Positions 26,130-43,177 of a stretch of 64,000 bases of DNA are shown here, piece by piece (positions within the stretch are counted from its first letter, which is position 1; each line of letters starts with the position of its first letter). The notes beneath the pieces were generated by a model. The model searched no databases, was not told the origin of the DNA, and saw only the letters and a program-made list of their open reading frames with translations. A program made the translations under genes and the position numbers. Source of the stretch: Eledone cirrhosa (lineage: Eukaryota); contig OZ024741.1 in assembly GCA_964016885.1 (NCBI GenBank), positions 142,042,001 to 142,106,000 of the forward strand, in the 5' to 3' direction.

Positions 26130-28189
26130 AATACAAGCTGAAAACGCTCAAGCTCGCGGTCGAATCTCCATTTCATTAATATACCCAGTCTGCATGCCAC
26201 CAGGTATCGAGTACTACTCGAAAAAATACAAACACGTGGCGTGGGACAGTGCAATGATCTCAGTCTTCGAATTCACCATTCTATATGTCAGCATCAATCG
26301 CACTCACTGTGGATGCCTCTAATACAGCTGTTGGAGTTGTTTTGGAACAACACATCAATGGTCAGTGGCGACCTCTAGTTTTCTGCAGTCGACAACTGCG
26401 ACCAACTGAACAGAAATATAATACTTTCGACAGGGAATTGTTAGTCGCTCATTTAGGTGTCTAATATTTTCGTTACTTTTTGGAAATTCGATGTTTACAG
26501 ACCTCAAACCACTTAACTTCGCTATCAACAAGCTATCGAAGCCATAGTCTGCACGTCAACAACGACAGTTATCAGCCATTTATAAGTACACTACTAACAT
26601 TCAACGCATATCTGGAGAAAGCAACCCAGTTGCTGATGCACTCTCCCGACCCTCTATTGACTCTGACACCTACATACTCTCGATAACTGAAGGTCTTGAC
26701 TATGAGGCTATGGTCGTAGCTCACCAAACAGATGATGACGTCAGGGCCTACCGCATCGCTGTCAATTCCCTTTCCTTGCATTTTAGTTCCAACAGAACAA
26801 CCCTCCTTTGCGATGTATCCACCGATGTAAACCACGACCAATCGCTCCATTAGCTTGGCGTCGAAAATATTTTTACACCATTCTCAGACTCTCCCATCAT
26901 GGTACCAGAGCCACACGGCACCAGATGTCGTGCAAATTATCCTGGCATGGTATGGTCAAGCACATTGGGAATGGATAAAAGCCTGTCACCCTTGCCAACA
27001 AACCAAAATCTATTAGCATACCAAAGCACCTCTCAGCAGCTATGAACTTCCATAGGCCCATTTTGGCTATATCAACTTCACCTCGCTGGCCCCATACCAA
27101 CTTTGTTGGGTTGCTCATGCCTACTGATCATTGTGGGCCGCTTCACTCGTTGGCCTGAGGCCGTACATCTCCGCAGCATGGAATCACAAGAAATCACCCG
27201 CGCCTTCGTTACAAGCCGGGTCGCTCGTTTCGGTCTCTCAGATAGCATCTTATCCGACCGCGGATCTCAATTAACCTCGAATGAGATGTGTGAGCTTTTT
27301 GGCATCAACACGAAACACAAAACAGCCTATCATTCCCAGGCCACTGGCTTAGGGTAGAGATCTCACTGCTTCTTAAGGAAATCCTTCATCACTAGACTTA
27401 ATGGGTCTAACTGTATCAACCAGCTTCCATAGGGAATGTTGGGAATCCGCACTGCCCCAAAGGAAGACCCAAATACTTCTTCTGCAGAAATAGTTTACGG
27501 CGCTCTGCTCACTGTACAGGAAGAATTCAGTCCAAACACGAAGTCAGACCAAAAAGTATCTTGAACAGCTGGGAGACAACATGGGCCAATTACACCCTAC
27601 TCCCACGTCAACGCACGGTAAACCAAGGTCCTCTGTACCGAATCACCTCTAAAAGGCGAAGTTTGTTTTCATTCGTCGCGATGCACGGTGAAAACACCTT
27701 CAGCCACCCTATGATGGACCATACGAGGTGATTCTACCAGGAGACAAGTCATTTTAACTCTGGTTGGAGGACGAGAGGACACGGTTTCCATCGATAGATA
27801 GAAACCAGCCCATCCTGACATTGGCAGTCCCGTTCAAGTAGCTCAACTACAAAACAAAGGGCGTCCTAGTCAAGTCACTCCGATCCCTGACGACGAACAG
27901 TCGCCAAAGAGCCAACTGCACGCACGGATCGGGTGGTAAAAACACCTTATCGGTTTTAATGACAATCAACAGTTCTGAGGGGGTGGGGAGGCTATGTAGA
28001 GCATTAACCACGAGCTTGTAAAAGACGAAGTTGTTATTGAACTGGTCAGGAGAAAACAGACTTCCAGTGAGGCGGGTAACAAGACCTGAACTTTAGGAAT
28101 AGATTACTCATTCTTACGTTTGTCAATGCTTGTCACCCAACAGTTCAACAAATCGCAGTTTGTTTTTATTTTGCATTTAGTTAACTACA
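26130..28189 (+). mobile_element. Decayed Ty3/gypsy 3' half, duplicate
   Basis: Near-identical to 8761-10827; LTR 27995-28189. Confidence 0.88.
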
Positions 28190-28375
28190 CGAGGCAATGT
28201 TATTTTAGTTATTTAATAATAGTTCATTGATTATTTATACGACTATCAAATTGTTCTCACCATTTATAGGATAAAATGTATCTTTGTGTTTAGATTTCGA
28301 TTTCCAGTTATACTTAGTTGATTTTCTATTTCTATATCCCGTACGTTACAACACCACACCCACAACTGCATACAT

Positions 28376-28807
28376 TTCTTCTTCTTCTTCTTCTTCTTCT
28401 TCTTCTTCTTCTTCTTCTTCTTCTTCTTCTTCTTCTTCTTCTTCTTCTTCTTCTTCCAGGGGGTCCTATCAGAAGCAACCATCTCCAAGTGATCCCCAAG
28501 CGAGATCAGCCAAGCTCACGGATGTTATCCATCTTGCTCGGAGTCTACCCCTGGGTCGCCTGCCAGTTGGTTTTGCCTGTAAAATCTGACCAGCGATTCT
28601 TTTTTGAGACATTCTAACCACATGCCTATAGTATCGGAGCTGTGATCTCTCAATTCGGAGAAATAGCGGCTCTACCTGGAGTGATTCTCTGATCTCCGAG
28701 TTACGCACTTTATCGAGTACCGTTACACCATAGACTCTTCGGAGGAATCCCATTTCGGTAGCATGTATTCGCGATCGTATTTTTTCTGTCATTATCCATA
28801 ACTGCAT
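28376..28807 (-). mobile_element. RTE-clade LINE 3' fragment, duplicate
   Basis: Same 112-aa frame and (GAA)n tail. Confidence 0.85.
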
Positions 28808-31133
28808 ACACTCATACGTTCATCCTTTCACTAATCACCACACAGCTCCGTCACCAAATGATACATTGCTTTATACAGACACCTCACATCTATCAAATTA
28901 TCTATCCACCCATTCACTCAACACTACATCCATCCACACATCATTTCACATACCATCCCATCACTTTATCCCCCTTTTACATCCTTTTACTTAGTCCCCA
29001 TCTCTTTATTCATATACCACCACTTCAACCACTTACCCATCAGTTCATCCACATTGCCAATTCTCTCTTAAATCACAACCGTCTGTATTGAGAAAGAAAG
29101 TATGTATTGTATAATGAAGTCCTAGATATAATATAGTTTAGAAAAATAAGTCTTTCATCTTGTGTGCTAACCTGGGCCTAAACAACAATATAAATAAAAT
29201 AGTAAGTCAGAAATGTTTTCGATTTGAAATTAAAACTGCGTCGATATTTCCAGAATTTACATTCTGCGTGTTCCAGTTGTTCGAACTACGGAACAACCTG
29301 TTTGTGAAATTAGCGTGCAAGTGGCTGAACATTCCACTGACACGTGGTTCTTGTGGAGATTCTGCAGGTTCTTTTGAATTACAAGTACAACTCATTTTTG
29401 CCAGCCGATTGGACTGGAGCAGGGTGAAATAAGATTTCTTGCGTCAGCAGGACTGGAATTTACGACCTTATCTGTCAGCTGAACCCCTAACAACTAAGCC
29501 ACGTGCCTTCACTTTCCATTCTACATCACACCACGTTCTCTACCACTTAAGTAGTAAAATCGTTTAGTCCGCCATATCTTAGACATTTTATATATACTTT
29601 TTACGTATATTAGCAAGTTCGGAGGTTGTGTCTTCGAGCCTCACCTAGGGCAGTAGTATTTTCCTTTTTTTTTTTCTTTAATGTTAGTAAATATAGTTAA
29701 TAGATTATTAATATGGTAATCAGTTTTATTTCACAATTTATAGAATGAGATATATCCGTGTGTTTAGGTTTCGATTTCTACTTGTACTGATTTCACTTGA
29801 CTCACAACACACGGGTATCTAATATCTCTTCTATCATGGCTTCTCATCAACTCATCAACCAGGGACCTCGTTTGCCTTAGAAATGTGAGGGGGACAAACT
29901 AACATGAATCTTAACGGAGCATGTTAGTATTGCTAATGGTGCCTTTCCCGGACTCTATCACATAAGTAAAATTTTACGCCGCTAATTAAATTTTATATAT
30001 TCAAATGAATTTCAGATATAAAAAGATAAGCTTAAACAGAATTTATTATATCAAATAAATAAGGGCGGTGGGTTGGCAGTATCAGTAGAGGGTCGGACGC
30101 CATGCTTTGACGCAAAGAGTTACGTCCCTTCATGAGGTTAAATCCCGCCGAGGTTAACTTTGCCTTTCATCCTTACGGGATCGATAAAATAAAGTACCAG
30201 TAATGTACTGTTATTTGGTGGCTTTGTGCCAAAAGTAGAAACAATTATATCAAATAAACAAAAAATAAAATATAGACGTTTGAAAAAGTGGTGGTGGTGG
30301 TGGTGGTGGACTTGTGTCCTGGTAACCCCCCCCCCCCCCCCCCCCCCCGAAACAAGGCCCTTGTCATCAACCCACACTTTTATCCGCGCATGATATATTA
30401 GTTATCACATTCAGTTCACGATCGAAATGTTGTGAGTTCGATTCCTGGACGGGGCGGTACGTTGTGTCCTTCAGCATGGCGCTTTTATTTCACATTGCTA
30501 CATTCCACTCAGCTGGCAAAAACGAAACGTACCTGTAGTTCACATTGTGCCCTCCTGATTTTCTTTGAGAACTACGTTAAAGGTGTACGTGTCTGTGGTA
30601 TGCTCAGTCACGTGAACGTTAATTTCACGAGTAGGCAGTTCCGTTAATTGAATCGGAAACGACGGAGGTCCCACAACAACAAACACAATCCTTTTATCAA
30701 ATCACTAATCACTTACCCACCCAGCATATCACTTTATCCATCCTCTAAACAATTTACCCACCCGACTAAACGTCACCTTACCCACCGTCTAAATATCAGT
30801 TTACCCTCCTCTATAATCATTACTTTACCCTTTCCCTGTCGGCTAGAACACGCAATAGCGTAATAATTGTTTCTACTTTTGGCACAAGGCCAGCAATTAT
30901 CCCAGTACATTACTGTTGCTTTATTTTATCGACCCCGTAAGGACGAAAGGCAAAGTTAACCTCGGCGGGATTTGAACTCAGACCATAAAGGGACATAACT
31001 CTTTGCTGCAAAGCATGGCGTCAGACCCTCTATCGATACTGCCAATCCTAATGTAATATATACATATATATATAAAGAAAGAGAGAGAGAATTAGTCGTT
31101 CATTGACATAAATTTAATAATTATCCAACAGCT

Positions 31134-31245
31134 GCCCCGGTGGCACAATCGGTTAGCGCGCCGTACTTATAGACAGTACCTTCCTTGTGTTTATCACAAG
31201 ACGGGAGTTATGCGGAGGTTGTGAGTTCGACCCTCACCCAGGGCA
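31134..31245 (+). tRNA. tRNA-Ile(TAT) with intron
   Basis: Same sequence as 16445-16556. Confidence 0.85.
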
Positions 31246-31944
31246 GAATTTTTTTTCTTTTCGTTTAAACAGCCATCAATATTAGTTATTTATCAAATTT
31301 CGTAGTTGCATCCATCTTGAAAAGTTGAATATTTACATATGTCTTACATATGTATAATTAGTATTTGTCTTTGACACATTGGTTGTTTATTTGTGGGTTG
31401 CAAATAAAAACATAAACTGGGTTAGTATGTCGTTTTTTGTATGTAAATTTCATAAATATTATATCTTATGGATGGTAAAATCTTTATATATTTGTATTCA
31501 TTATTATATAGCTGTTCATTATCTTAAATATTACCAGCAGCCGGCAGAAATGTTTTTGTATTGATTTAGAACTATCCATATAATGAGTTCTTAAATTGGC
31601 ACAAAGCCAGAAATATCGATTATAGCAAGTTCAATTTTTTTTACTGGTATTTCATTATATCAATCCATTGAGCTAAACAACGCCTGACAACAATCACCGT
31701 ATAAATTAGAAACTAGATCGAACAGATCTCAATGTAACAACATCGTACGCAAAGTTGTTATGAGGTTCATAGAAAATGTAGGAAAACTCAGACGCAGTAA
31801 ATGTCTGTAGAGATATGAGTATTGATTCTTCGTAGCGACCGCCAAACACTTTTTTCTTCTATAAGGGGGTCTTTACCCGATTTTCTAAGCTATTTGTAGC
31901 CACCAACTGTATTTACAGTTGTTTTCTACATCTAAGATTCCTAC

Positions 31945-33065
<1,121 letters not shown>

Positions 33066-33076
33066 CATATATATAC

Positions 33077-33109
<33 letters not shown>

Positions 33110-33366
33110 CATATATATAAGTATGTATACGTACATACATATATTATACAGACGTAGAGTAGTATGTATATATATACATACATGCACACATATATATGTA
33201 CGTATGGATTTACCAAGCACTTATTATAATGTTGGTTTGTTTGTAAACAAACATCCCGAATTAAGCCGTACAGTGTTTAGCAACTATCGTTGCCTTTTGT
33301 CCAACACTGACAGTTAAGTAACAGCCGTACTAAGAGTGAGAAATGAAATTTCGTTTCATTTTTTCC

Positions 33367-33456
<90 letters not shown>

Positions 33457-33473
33457 TACATATATATATATAC

Positions 33474-33555
<82 letters not shown>

Positions 33556-33784
33556 GATAGATAGATATATTTCTTTATTTACCATAAAGGCATAAAAAGA
33601 AGGGACAAATACAAAGGGGGAGTTTACATACAATCGAGTAAAAAGGGTATAAAATGAAAATAATCGAAAACAACCTCAAAAGGGAGGGGACGTGATGGGG
33701 GTTGCACACACCCCCGAAAAAGTGTGCAATCCTTTGCCCGGGGAGCACATGGAGAAGGTGCTCCCCTCTCCTTCACTTCTTTAC

Positions 33785-36700
33785 CTACAGGATGGTATAC
33801 AGAGAAGGCCCATTTACACGAGCCATTCTCGCCACTATCACCCACCTTTCATAAAACTGCCTGTGGCCAAGCACCTCTCTCTCCATTCTTATCCTTCTTC
33901 CGAAGTGATATCGGAAGAAGTAGACCAGACTATGGCCAGAGAGGAAGTTGCCTGACCTCAGACCTTTCAATCGTGTCCACCAAACAACCTCTTTCAACAT
34001 GGCTATTACGCACAGAAAAACCGCCTTTGCTTCCTTTGTGAAGAGGGGAGGCGGTTTGATTGTCATCACGGACCCGGCGGTCAATTGAATCGGCGCCACT
34101 CGCGACAGCAGTCGTTCGGCGTAGCCCCACAGATCAGCCACGCCCGGACATTGCACCAATGCGGGCGCAACGGTTTCTTCGTGATGCACGCATCTAGGGC
34201 AAATCTTTTTTGAGGGATCCCTGCCCGGGCGCCCGTGTCTGTAGAGCCTCTCTCGAACGGGTAGAGCCCCCCGGTAGCACTGCCAGGCTAGTGACTTCTG
34301 GAAGTTGTCCATTGGTCCCGGGCCGAAAGTCCTACCGAACAGGCTGGCCAGTTCGTCCTCTTCCATGTCCAGCGACTCTCCAAGGGTGTCATCGCCCCTG
34401 CTAGCCACCAGCCCTCTATAGAATGATGAGGTGGATTCTCCACCGATGGCCTGGCCCGCTTGCCAGAGAGCCCTGAGCGCCTGAGCACACTCAGTGTGCC
34501 AGTCTCCCAGTTTTCCGGATCTTTGCTTGACCCAGGACTGCAGCTCGGTGAGCGAGACGAGTCTCGGAAAGGCTCGTTTCACGAACGGAGCCCACACCGG
34601 TTGACCAGTGAGGAATACCTGTAGGTGCCGTAGCCTTAATGCGTGCCTACGCATCATCAACCACGGCATCCCCAGCCCTCCTTTCGAAGGTTGTTGGCAG
34701 CAGATGGATCTTCTCACCATAGGAGGACGCTTCTTCCAAAGAAATTGGAAGAGCATGCGTTCCATGGTGGTGAGTGTTTCCTTAGGGCAAGGCACGACAG
34801 TCAGGCGGTAGTAAGTGACGGACGCTATGTAAATGTTCGCCACCTCCGCCCGGCCTTTTAGGGACAGCTTACACTTGGCCCATTTCTGGGTTAGTGCAAA
34901 CACCTTGTTCGTAACCTCGTCCCAGTTCTTTTCCACCTGGAGGTCCGGTCCAAACCAGACCCCAAGCAACTTTACCGAGCCCTCCGTCCAGTGTCCGACG
35001 ACACCGTCGGGAGGCATCGGTCTTCCTCTCCACGTTCCGAGTTGCAGCCCGATGGATTTTTCCCGGTTCAGTTTCGCTCCTGACAACCTTTCGTAATCCT
35101 CCAGTAAGGTACCGATCGCCTCGATTTCCGAGTCGGTCGATACCATTACTGTTACGTCATCGGCGTAGGCCGACACCGCTTTGCTCAATCCTGGTTCGAG
35201 GGGGGTACCCTGCAACAACTCTAACTTCCTCAGTAAAGGCTCGAGAGTCAATACGTACAGAAGGGAGGAGAGAGGGCACCCCTGTCGAATGGATCGTGTG
35301 ATTTCGAACGGCTTCGAAAGGTAGCCGTTCACCTTGATCCTAGAACAGATGTGGTTGCTATGTAAGGCAGTGATCCAGCCTCTGAAAACAGGACCGAACC
35401 CAGCCGCCGCTAGCACCGCATCCAGGTAACCATGGTCGATCCTATTGAAGGCCTTAGACTGATCCAAGTTGATCAGGGCCCCACCGAAGCCGGGTTTGTT
35501 GCCAACCCTCTCTATGATGTATTGCATGAGGTGGAGGTTATCGTGAATGGACCTGGATGGGATAGCACATGTCTGCGCATCTCCCACCAGGCTACCCACG
35601 ACAAGCGCCAACCTCTTTGCTAACACCTTGGCCAAAATCTTTAACTCTGTTTGGGCCGAAAATTATTTATACTATCCCCCTTGTTCTCGTCCTTCCTCAC
35701 CAGCGAGACTACGCCCTTGGCCACAGAACAAGGAATTCTCCCGTTCTGCTGCCAATTGCAGTAGACCGCTTCGAGGAGTTCGGAGAAGAAGACCGGCATT
35801 GCTAAATAAAGTTCGTAAGGTATACCATCGAGACCTGGAGATTTGCGTCTGCTGCATTGGCTCAGCGCATCTCTGATCTCATCAGCCGAGATTGGTCCCT
35901 CGCAGGACTCTGCCTCTTCGCTCGAGAGACGCGGCAGGCCGTCGAGGTATGGACCGAAATCCACGTCCCCGCCCGGACCCTCGCCTCCCCCGAATAATCG
36001 GACAAAGTGCCTTTGAAAGGCCTCGCACATCTGCTTAGGCTCCCGGATCACCCGTCCATCCTCGTCTTGCAACGACCGGATGGTGGATCGATTTCCACTC
36101 TTAGCTTCTGTCACGCGGGCCCAGCCAACGGCTTTGGCCTCCTCATTACCTAGAGCACGTATTTTACTTCGAATGACGCAGCCTTCGTGCTTTGCATCGA
36201 AAAACTGGTTCAAGGCCGTCCTCGATGCCAGCACTCTGGCCACATCTTCGCTCTTCATTGCCTCTTCTAATTTACCTGTTAATTCTTTCTCGTTTCTATT
36301 CCTATCGGCAGCTAACATCTTGCTATAACTTATTGATTCTGTTCTAATCTCTCTTTTGAGAGATGCCCACCATCGGTTGTTGACAATTGCACCCGTCAAC
36401 CTCTCCTTAACTAATCTGCTAATTCGGTTTCTGTAAGTCTCTTTTGCCGGTAAAGACAAATTAAGTTTCCAGTAACCGGGACCCTGTTTATGTGTTTTCT
36501 CGAGATTGACTACGCAGGTCACTAATTTGTGATCCGTATAGCCAACCGTGCGCATTTCTGGACAGCTTAATATGTCCCTATCCTTACTTCTAACTAAGAA
36601 TCTATCTAAGTACGATCTAGATTGACCACTGTGGTTTCTCCAAGTCCAGGTAGGCACAGTTGGAAAATCTAGTCGATATCTATCGACTAAGTTAAAACGG

Positions 36701-37212
36701 TCGAGTAACCCCTTGAGGCTGTCACCCCCCCCCCCTCTATTAGGACATGCTCCTGCATAGTCCCAACGTGCATCTAGGATGTCATTCCAATCCCCCGCTA
36801 GAAGCAGGGAACGCGACGTTCCCAGAAAAGTCTCTAAACGCTGGAAGAAGTCGGGCCGTTCAGCTCCGAAAGGGGAGTAGACGGCGACCAGTCTTAAGGC
36901 CGCACCTTCACTACTGCCAACGTCTAGCACCAACAAACGACCCTCCGGGTCCGAGTGCACAACCTGTACGGCAAGACCCAGGTGTTTTTGCAGCAGTACG
37001 ACAACCCCACCCCCACCTCCAGGTTGACAGAGAGATGCATGCACCTCAAAGTCATCGAAGGTAGGGGCCAGCTGCCGCACGACGCTGATCCGAGTCTCAC
37101 AGATAACCATTACATTTATACCACATGACCTGAGGTCATTTAGAAGCTTTGCTTGCTTCCAAGTTGAGCCCAGGCCACGTGCATTCAAACATCCTACTCT
37201 TAACACATCCAT
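33785..37212 (-). pseudogene. Tx1 ORF2: APE endonuclease, reverse transcriptase, Cys-rich tail; frameshifted near 35650
   Basis: LNARGL, CET, GDWN, SYLDRF, TDH; SPGLDG, LDQSKAF, RQGCPLS, YADD. NFRP is joined out of frame to TELKILAKVLA by a short deletion. Confidence 0.93.
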
Positions 37213-39160
37213 GTGGGCGGCAGAGCCAAAGGAGAGTGTAGAGACCTACCTTTCTGCTTCCCGGGGTTCGGGTCGCACGACTTCCATGGGGTCGGGGGTG
37301 TTGGGTGAAGGGGTGTCTTGTGGTGGTGTGGGGTCGTCAGTGTGTGGTGGGGTTGGGGTGTTTGGAGTTGTGTTGGGGAGGGGAAGGGGAGGGGAAAGCT
37401 TTTTAGTAGGACGCGGTTCATGGGTTTGACAGAGGGTGGTCCTACGTCCTCCTTAAAATCCTTTTTTAGTTTTTGGTAGAGGTTCATTGGGATCTTTATT
37501 AATTTTAAATGTGGGTAGTTTTCTGAAGAAACAAAGTTTACACCTTCGGTTTGTACCGAAGGATTATTGTTTATGAGTTCATTTAATTTATTATTGTTTC
37601 TGTTGATGTAAGTATAGTGTAATGTCTTTTTTTCGGATGGTGTGAGTGTTTCGAAGAGGGGAGGGGCAGGTTTGGTTTTGTTTGTTGCTGGAGGGGTGTT
37701 TTGTGTTTTGTTGGATTGTGTTGACATTTGGGTGGGGGTTGTTTGGCCTTGTGTGTTTTGCACATGTTTTCTTTTTTTCCTTTTAATCTGTCTGAAGGAC
37801 TCCGTTTCTTCCTCCGAATTCGTTGGGTTATCTTCAGTGTTGGAGGGAAGAGGTATGTTTGCTGGTAATGTTTCCGTGTTGGTTTTCTTTGTGGGGGAGA
37901 TGGATGTCACTATGTTAGACTGTGTTGTGTGTTGTGGCTGCGGTGGTTGTGTTGTTTTATTGAGTGAGGGGTTGGGTGGGCCTGTATTTTGTTTTGGGGG
38001 TAATGTGTTGTGACTGTTTGTGTTGTGGTGGTGGTGTAGTTTTACTGAGGGACGGGTTGGGTGGGACTGAGTTTTGTTGTTTGTTTATCTGTTGTGGTGG
38101 TGGTGGTGGTGGAGCTGGTGTTGGTAGCAGGGTTTTCTTTTTGTTGAGTTGGGGATAAGCGGCCTTCAGGTGCCCTCTGCCTGCACAGATATGACAGGAC
38201 GGCCTTCTCCCCTCCACGCTAATGTTTATATACCCGTGGCCCTCTAATAGGATTCTGTCGGGTATTTGGGCGATGCGTTCAGGCTTCATTTGCACTACAA
38301 GCTCTATACCTGTTCCACTGAACGCATTGCCTGTGGTTTTCCCAATGGAAATCACGTTGTCATTCACTGGATAGATGAAGCCAGCTATGAGCCAGCAGTA
38401 GTCCACATCTGGCATCATTGCATCCAGCCATATGCGTTGAGTTCTTTTACCTATATAAGATGGACAAAAGGTAAAAATTTTCGAACGAATCGGTGACAAA
38501 GCACATTTTTTTGCCGCCGATTCGTTCTTCATAATAATCGCTAGGCTTCCATACAGTCTGTCTTTTCTTATGAAAGTGGTTTCATTAAGTACTTCTGTGA
38601 GTACTGTTTTGATTTCTGTTTGAGTTGGCTGTTCAGGTTTTTTAGTAGTGTTGTTGATGGTGCGGAACACGACCGTTCGACTTTCAATGTCTTTGATGAG
38701 TTCTTGAGGCATTTTTACCGATAAAATACCATTCTCTCCTTCACTTATGTATTATTTGGCGTCTGTGATTCTTTGTGCCACATCTGAAATATTTTCAGGT
38801 ATATATGTCAAAGATTTCTTTGTTGTTTGTGCAAATGAAATCTTGTTGGTGTTGACTTTGTCGTCTGCTTTGCTTTCTGTTATGATGTTGTTTTCAAATG
38901 TTATTTTTGTGTTTGTTGTGTCTTTGTTTGTGGTATTAATATTGTCATGCAATTTTTCAATTTTTTTTTTCGTTGTTGGAATCCATGTCCAGGTTTGTGT
39001 TTTCGTCATTTTTCTCCGCAGATTCGTCTGTTTTTATTTTATTTTTTCCTTCCTTCTCTATGACGTTAGTTGGGAAGGAAGGGGGGGGGACTAAAGCGTG
39101 CGAGCTTACAACTCTTACCGCTGTCTCCCCACCACTATTTTCGTTAGCTTCGTTTAACAT
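37200..39160 (-). pseudogene. Tx1 ORF1 (gag-like, degenerate zinc knuckle), disrupted
   Basis: VEGRRPSCHICAGRGHLKAAYP and a P/T/Q-rich region. In-frame stop at 38752, frameshifts near 38965 and 37930. Overlaps the ORF2 start by 13 nt. Confidence 0.75.
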
Positions 39161-39526
39161 TTCTGTCAGACGATTGAAATTTTTTTTTTGCCACAAAATT
39201 TTAAAAAACAGGTTTTTCACCCCTAGGAGGGGTAAAGATGAGCTGACCCACCGCCTGACAGTTCAGACGGGGGGTCAAGCTACACAATACTATCAAAATT
39301 AAAATTGAACTTACAAAATTTCCGCAATAAATTTGAACAAAACTTCTGCGCGAAGTGAATTACATCTACGCTGTAGAACAGACGACAGCTAGAGTGATAC
39401 AGAGATAGATAGATAGATATATATATATATAGAGAGAGAGAAAGACAGAAAGAGAGTGAGAGATGCAAAGAATTATTCATTATATACACATACACTATAC
39501 ACTATATACTACATTTACATACATAT

Positions 39527-39624
<98 letters not shown>

Positions 39625-39665
39625 AGTCGTTCATTGACATAAATTCAATAGCCACCAAAACAGTT

Positions 39666-39744
39666 TCCCCGGTGGCACAATCGGTTAGCGCGCCGTACTT
39701 ATAGACAGTACCTTCTTTGTGATAATCATATGATGGGAGATATG
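39666..39744 (+). pseudogene. tRNA-Ile(TAT) 5' exon plus intron, 3' exon deleted
   Basis: Fused at gatatg|tgtttagc to sequence lying about 1 kb downstream in units 1 and 2. Confidence 0.8.
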
Positions 39745-40289
39745 TGTTTAGCTTTTTTTGCTACTTTACCCCTGCAACACCGACCTTTTGACACCAAATT
39801 TTGACACGATTAAACTCCACCTACTTATTCACACTAAACACACACTCATCAAAATGCCACTTGGACCATTACTATGAATAGTAAAATAATTTTCTAGTTT
39901 AATCAAGTGAATTCGATGGAATCCTGACCTGTTAAATACCACTTCAACATTTACCACCACACCTATATAAGAAGAAAGTTTGATAGAAAATTCATATATG
40001 TTCAAACTGATCACAGAAATTTATTATACTTATTCACCAACCAACCAAATTACTTCTCTAAAAACCTAGCATTTCGAGCCACTTTTTTTCCATATAAAAC
40101 AGAAGTAACATTCAAACACCAACCAGATGTGAGAAAAACCACAAACCCTCCAACTCAATTCTACTTTTGAAAAGCACAAGAACTGCGAAACCGGTAAAGG
40201 AACCAAATAGATATATTTAAAAAAAAAAGATCCCAGTTGCATTTTTGATTTCATTTTTTTCCCTTATATATATATATATATATATATAT

Positions 40290-40820
<531 letters not shown>

Positions 40821-40827
40821 GTATATA

Positions 40828-40950
<123 letters not shown>

Positions 40951-40951
40951 A

Positions 40952-42314
<1,363 letters not shown>

Positions 42315-42413
42315 GGGGAGGTAGAGAGAAGAGGGTAGAAAGAGAGATGCAAAAGTTGTTCGGAGAGGGGGAGGAGAGAGAGAATTAGTCGTTTATTGAC
42401 ATAAATTTAATAA

Positions 42414-42516
42414 GCACAATCGGTTAGCACTCCGTACTTCTAGACATTACCTTCCTTGTGTTAATCACATGACGGGAGATATGTGGAGCTTGTGAGTTCG
42501 AGCCTCACCCAGGGCA
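42414..42516 (+). pseudogene. tRNA-Ile-derived pseudogene, 5' deleted, anticodon TCT
   Basis: GCACAATCGGTTAGCACTCCGTACTTCTA... Confidence 0.8.
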
Positions 42517-43065
42517 GATATACTTCCTTTTTTTTTCATTTAAGCAGCCATCTATATTAATTACTTATCAAATTTCCTGATATATGTATGTATATATAGA
42601 GTGAACAATTTTTTGCATCTCTCTTTCTCACACACACACACACATGTATGGGAGCTGTGTCACAAAGAATACTGGCCTTTCTGTTCAGGACCAAATAATA
42701 TTTCATCAACCACCCCCTATGAACAATACTCAATACTCAATGAAGTATTGGTCCCAAAATAATGAAGATATCAACAACAGCGAAATTTGAACACAAAACA
42801 ATGAAAGACACTCTACCGACTTTTACCAACCACTATCTATTTAGAGAATTTATACAACCCCCCCCCCCCCCCAACATACTGACCCAGGCTATGTTTGTAT
42901 TCGCAACACCCAAAATAAACAACTGGTGTGTAAAACACAAATACTAATCATAGATATGTAATAAATATACGACTTTACAAGATGGATGCAATCAGGAAAT
43001 TTGATAAATAACTAATATAGATGACTGCTTAAATGAAAAAAAAAAAAAAAAAGTAAAGTAATTTC

Positions 43066-43177
43066 TGCCCTGGGTGAGGTTCGAACTCACAACCTCCGCA
43101 TATCTCCTATCTTATGATTAACACAAGGAAGGTACTGTCTATAAGTACGGCGCGCTAACCGATTGTGCCACCGGGGC
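43066..43177 (-). tRNA. tRNA-Ile(TAT) with intron
   Basis: Full 112-nt reverse-complement copy, TAT anticodon, long T-run downstream. Confidence 0.85.

Larger units (their letters stand above)
33568..39396 (-). mobile_element. Full-length L1-Tx1 clade non-LTR retrotransposon (disabled)
   Basis: ORF1 plus APE-RT ORF2; AATAAA near the 3' end; TSD ATACAGAGATAGATAGATA at 33549-33567 and 39397-39415; empty sites near 1547 and 18425. Confidence 0.92.

Noticed and set aside
35636-35660. Programmed frameshift between the Tx1 endonuclease and RT ORFs
   Set aside because: Conserved residues between RP and TELK are missing, which indicates a deletion rather than recoding.
33624-39302. Short plus-strand and alternative-frame ORFs over Tx1
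   Set aside because: Shadow ORFs of a GC-richer coding sequence with no recognisable motifs.
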